DNA from: an uncultured Desulfarculus sp.
GTDB lineage: Bacteria > Desulfobacterota > Desulfarculia > Desulfarculales > Desulfarculaceae
Reading direction: 5' to 3'
Assembly (NCBI GenBank): GCA_963665125.2
Contig: CAXXUK010000002.1
Location: forward strand, 1 to 64,000
DNA: 64,000 nt
The position numbers were made by a program, and so were the translations under genes. Positions 59,885-64,000 of the stretch are shown piece after piece; position 1 is the stretch's first letter; every line of letters starts with the position of its first letter. Under the pieces are notes generated by a model, which worked only from the letters and a program-made list of their open reading frames with translations, was not told the DNA's origin and did no database searches.

Positions 59885-61610
59885 TTTGGCCTTCCCACAC
59901 GGCCGGCGGCAGCATGATGGTGAAAGTCGCGCCTTTGCCCGGTTTGCTCTGAGCCTCTATTCTCCCTCCGGCTTCACTGACGATTCTATCACAAATGGAA
60001 AGACCCAGGCCGGTTCCCTGGCCCGGCGGCTTGGTGGTGAAAAACGGATCAAAGATCAGCTTGAGCTTGTCCGCGGGAATGCCCGGTCCGGTATCGGCGA
60101 AGTCGATGCGCACCCAGCCGTCGATATTTTGAGTGCCGATGCTCAGCTTTCCGCCGCCGCTCATGGCCTGGGAGGCGTTGATGACCATGTTGAGGATGAC
60201 CTGTTGCAGCTGGTCGCGGTCCATGTTCACCTTGGGCAGGTCCCTGGCCAGGTCGCGGTGGATGGCCAGGTTGTCCTTTTCCAGGCGCTTGGATGTGAAA
60301 AACATGTTCAGCACCGAATCGATGGCCTGATTGACGTCCACTGGTTGGCCCAGATATTGGCTGGGCCTTGAGTAATCCAGCAGGTCACGGATGATGCGAT
60401 TGATGCGGTCGGTTTGCTCGGCGATGGCCAGGGCGAATTCCCGCCGTTCTTCCGGCGAGGTGTCCTCGGAGTCCAGAAGCTGGGCATAGCCGCCGATGGC
60501 CGCCAGGGGGTTGCCGATTTCGTGGGCCACTCCGGCAGCCAATATGCCCACCGAGGCCAGTTTTTCGGCATGGAGGAGCTGGCGTTCAAGGGCTTTGCGC
60601 CGGGTGACGTCGCGCAGGATGGCCAGCAGCTCGCCGGTGTCGGGCAGCGGCGTAATGCTGACCAATACGCTGAAGGCCTGGCCGTCCGGGGCGCGCAGCT
60701 CCAATTCCTCGCTGACCGGGGTGCCCATGGCCATGATGGCCGCGGCCCGTGCCTTTTCCACAAACAACGGGGCCAGGGGGCGCTCGATAAGCTCCTGACG
60801 GTCCAGGCCGAAATCGGCCGCCGCCTGGTTGGCGTAGGTGATGGCCCCCGACGCATCGGAGATGATGATCAGATCCGATGCCGTGTCCAACACCTTTTGC
60901 AGATATTCCCTGGCCTGGTGGGCCTCCAGTTCGCTGGCCAGCAGGCGTTCGTTGATGTCGCCCAATTGCTCAATGAGTCTGAAGTTGGCCAGGGCGGCCG
61001 CGGCGTGATCGCACAGGATGGCCAAGGCCCTGGCGTGTTCTTCGCTGAATGATTCGGCCGTGTGGCTGATCAGGATCATGGCGCCCAGGATCTGCTGGCG
61101 GGCCACCAAGGGCAGGGCCATCAGCGAGCCGATGTCTTCGGGCATGCCTTTGGGCAGGTTGGCCGACCGCACCGCGGATTTTTCGATGAGCAGTATCCGT
61201 CCCTCGCTGACCGCTTCGCCGAGGATGCCGCTGCCCAGGGGGGAGCATTGGTCCTCGCCGGGTTCGAGCACCAGTTCGGGCTGTTCGCTGGCCCTGTCGT
61301 AGGCCGCAAGGGGCTCGAGCCTGGTCATTTCCGCGTCGGTAAGCATCAGGCAGACGAAATCGGCGGGAAGCTCACTGATGACCACCTCCACCAGGCCCAG
61401 GGACAAGGCCCGCAGGTCTTCAGCCTGGCGCAGCACGTCGGAAACCCAGCGGATCAGGGACAGCTCTTCGATCTTGGCGTCAAATTCCTGGTAGATGCGG
61501 CCCAGGGTCTCCTTGTAGGTGGCCAGCGCCGCCTGCTGGTCTCTGGCCAGGACCAGAAGCTCCTCCCGGCTGAGTTCGCCGAGATTGTCTTGGGGGTCCG
61601 CTTTGCTCAA
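59868..61610 (-). CDS. Cytoplasmic GAF-PAS sensor histidine kinase
   Basis: GVAHEIGNPL, QVILNMVINA, DTGPGI, FDPFFTTK, GTGLGL; start reassigned to TTG 61610. Confidence 0.9.
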   Translation of the reverse strand: MSKADPQDNLGELSREELLVLARDQQAALATYKETLGRIYQEFDAKIEELSLIRWVSDVLRQAEDLRALSLGLVEVVISELPADFVCLMLTDAEMTRLEPLAAYDRASEQPELVLEPGEDQCSPLGSGILGEAVSEGRILLIEKSAVRSANLPKGMPEDIGSLMALPLVARQQILGAMILISHTAESFSEEHARALAILCDHAAAALANFRLIEQLGDINERLLASELEAHQAREYLQKVLDTASDLIIISDASGAITYANQAAADFGLDRQELIERPLAPLFVEKARAAAIMAMGTPVSEELELRAPDGQAFSVLVSITPLPDTGELLAILRDVTRRKALERQLLHAEKLASVGILAAGVAHEIGNPLAAIGGYAQLLDSEDTSPEERREFALAIAEQTDRINRIIRDLLDYSRPSQYLGQPVDVNQAIDSVLNMFFTSKRLEKDNLAIHRDLARDLPKVNMDRDQLQQVILNMVINASQAMSGGGKLSIGTQNIDGWVRIDFADTGPGIPADKLKLIFDPFFTTKPPGQGTGLGLSICDRIVSEAGGRIEAQSKPGKGATFTIMLPPAVWEGQNEQSL

Positions 61611-61747
61611 TCTTGAGGCGGCCTTTCGATGGTCTTGCGCCTGAGCTTCAACAAAAGGGGCAGCGCGGCCAGGGCTATGAGCAGCCCCAGGACCAAGGCG
61701 CCCGCCTTGATGAGCCACGGCGGCAAATTTGCAAGAATATCTTCCAT
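61607..61747 (-). CDS. Putative 46-aa single-TM small protein
   Basis: MEDILANLPPWLIKAGALVLGLLIALAALPLLLKLRRKTIERPPQD*; stop overlaps the kinase TTG start (TTGA). Confidence 0.6.
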   Translation of the reverse strand: MEDILANLPPWLIKAGALVLGLLIALAALPLLLKLRRKTIERPPQD

Positions 61748-61870
61748 GTCAGATTCCGCGTATGACAAAAACTTGTGTTATCATTCCCTAAGCATATGAA
61801 ATGCGTTGGCCGTGGGCAAGGAGGTTTGTCCGCCCGGCCCAAAAGGCGCCGCCAGGGAGCCGCTATATAG

Positions 61871-63829
<1,959 letters not shown>

Positions 63830-63929
63830 CCCGCCGCCACTGGACAAGCCAGCCCTCATTTGGTAAAGCTCTCGTAATTAAGCAGGCCGATATTCCGTCT
63901 TTTACCGTAGCGCGGGATGCTCTGCCTCA

Positions 63930-63958
63930 TTGACATACAATATGGAGCGTGTTAGGCT
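63930..63958 (+). promoter_or_regulatory. Possible sigma70 promoter for a gene beyond the window
   Basis: TTGACA, N17, TAGGCT preceded by TGn. Confidence 0.45.
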
Positions 63959-64000
63959 CCTTAAAACGGCCTATGTTGTGGAAATGGCCGAAAAATGCCC

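Noticed and set aside
61611..61718. N-terminal extension of the histidine kinase given by the ORF track
   Set aside because: Better explained by the overlapping 46-aa membrane ORF and a coupled TTG start at 61610. Likewise the track's long starts for purQ, hemA, ilvN, ilvC, budA and the hydrolase run into upstream genes.

Overview
GC-rich chromosomal window from an anaerobic, sulfate-reducer-like deltaproteobacterium; the Desulfarculaceae-like placement is inferred from gene content only. In order it carries: a Wood-Ljungdahl cluster (cooS/acsA-acsB-acsC-acsE), a DUF134/DUF5320 pair, a lone traT, two PilZ proteins, purL-purQ-yhaM-tmk-holB-ricT-metG, an acyl-CoA ligase, a hydrolase, asnS, two CoA-transferases, an ilvD-ilvB-ilvN-ilvC-leuC-leuD-leuB-acetolactate decarboxylase cluster, a VWA protein with tandem Ig-like repeats plus three small secreted Cys-rich paralogs, an Fo-only ATP synthase operon, a PEP-CTERM gene, sirC-ccsA-hemA, a sigma54-driven J-domain gene, a two-component/MBL-hydrolase operon and a diguanylate cyclase. 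The most striking feature is the Fo operon. Beside a normal Na+-type c subunit it encodes a 405-aa c subunit of five fused hairpins. Only hairpins 1 and 5 keep the ion-binding Glu, and the accessory ligands are kept in the pattern a heteromeric rotor with a three-site gap would need. Elements missed by the ORF track include a Val/Ile/Leu-rich leader peptide before ilvD, two small membrane ORFs flanking a histidine kinase, a promoter with a FadR-like operator and a structured RNA candidate, and paired palindromic operators before the DUF134 gene. No rRNA, tRNA, CRISPR array or transposase was recognised.
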